Below, piece after piece: positions 63,738-64,000 of a DNA stretch of 64,000 nt. Both the position numbers and the translations under genes were made by a program. A model generated the notes under the pieces. That model saw nothing but the letters and a program-made list of their open reading frames with translations. It was not told where the DNA came from and ran no database searches. The stretch's first letter is position 1. Each line of letters starts with the position of its first letter. Source of the stretch: Vicinamibacterales bacterium (GTDB taxonomy: Bacteria; Acidobacteriota; Vicinamibacteria; Vicinamibacterales; UBA2999); contig JBFWUM010000012.1 of assembly GCA_050247255.1 (NCBI GenBank), positions 22,716-86,715 on the forward strand, given 5' to 3'.

Positions 63738-64000
63738 ATGCTGTCGCCCATGACACGCCCCACGCCGTTGGCCACCCTGGCCGCTCTCGCCGCCCTGTCG
63801 CTCGCCGCCTGTGATCCGGCGTTCGAGCAGACGACCACCCCACAGCCCATCCGCCCGGCTGCCAGCAGTGCGCTTCCACCCCACCCGCACTCGGCGCTGC
63901 TTTACGGCCGCGTCGTCGCCGACGGCGGCACGTGGGAAGGCCGGCTGCGCTGGGGCAAGGGCGACCAGGAGGCCTCCTGGAGCGACCTCTTCGACGGTTG
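63738..64000 (+). CDS. Putative lipoprotein, N-terminal fragment (runs off the window)
   Basis: ATG 63738 (or 63750) gives MLSPMTRPTPLATLAALAALSLAAC-DP with the lipobox LAAC, then an open GC3-rich frame to the window end. Not in the ORF track because it has no stop. Confidence 0.5.
   Translation, partial: MLSPMTRPTPLATLAALAALSLAACDPAFEQTTTPQPIRPAASSALPPHPHSALLYGRVVADGGTWEGRLRWGKGDQEASWSDLFDG

Noticed and set aside
1-64000. CRISPR arrays, tRNA/rRNA genes, insertion sequences, integrases, prophage or defence-system genes.
   Set aside because: I found no direct-repeat/spacer arrays, cloverleaf-like segments in intergenic DNA, or transposase/integrase/nuclease-helicase ORFs while reading both strands. 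The only sizeable repeat is the 346-bp duplication, which lacks mobile-element features.

Overview
High-GC bacterial chromosomal DNA (about two-thirds G+C by eye, not computed). I found no rRNA, tRNA, CRISPR array, transposase or phage gene. The gene content points to an Acidobacteriota-like soil bacterium, which is inference only: CarboxypepD_reg-type TonB-dependent receptors, a PSCyt/PSD1 + DUF1501 pair, a DUF1592-family + DUF1552 pair, and secreted ankyrin and beta-propeller proteins. About 50 protein genes are supported.

Gene blocks:
1. 1-670: end of an IorAB-like molybdo-oxidoreductase.
2. 929-8965: a LysR-centred locus. A DHDPS-family + MFS operon diverges from an OCD-family / NHL / cytochrome c / PQQ-dehydrogenase operon. 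The PQQ gene is frameshifted.
3. 8991-12727: secreted cupins, an amidohydrolase-bicupin fusion and an alpha/beta hydrolase.
4. 34259 down to 14010: a roughly 20-kb, 11-gene minus-strand array. It runs from a TonB-dependent receptor through PSD1/DUF1501, two paralogous propellers, an MBL hydrolase and an SSS transporter to a urea/guanidine carboxylase, two DUF1989 proteins and allophanate hydrolase. A sensor-less sigma-54 activator follows at 13839-12733.
5. 34633-36819: a DUF5916/CBM9-like outer-membrane protein.
6. 49338 down to 37096: a second minus-strand array with DUF1592-family, DUF1552, ankyrin, cytochrome c' fusion, arylformamidase-like hydrolase, formamidase, GGT, OFA-MFS and TauE. 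A second TonB receptor (50098-52998) diverges from it.
7. 53588-64000: GAF-fused alpha-glucan phosphorylase; a circularly permuted ATP-grasp / alpha-E / transglutaminase operon; glpK; an SDR; and TerC behind a yybP-ykoY Mn riboswitch.

Most notable non-genic signals:
- Sigma-54-type -24/-12 elements lie in front of both large arrays, the second TonB receptor and the activator gene.
- A shared GAACA-N4-TGTTCG palindrome lies about 100 bp upstream of two of these promoters.
- A 346-bp near-identical direct duplication (36703-37048 and 53189-53534) carries a gene 3' remnant plus a hairpin-rich noncoding segment.
- An exact 16-bp inverted motif flanks the LysR gene.

All functional links are hypotheses from sequence reading; no database search was run.
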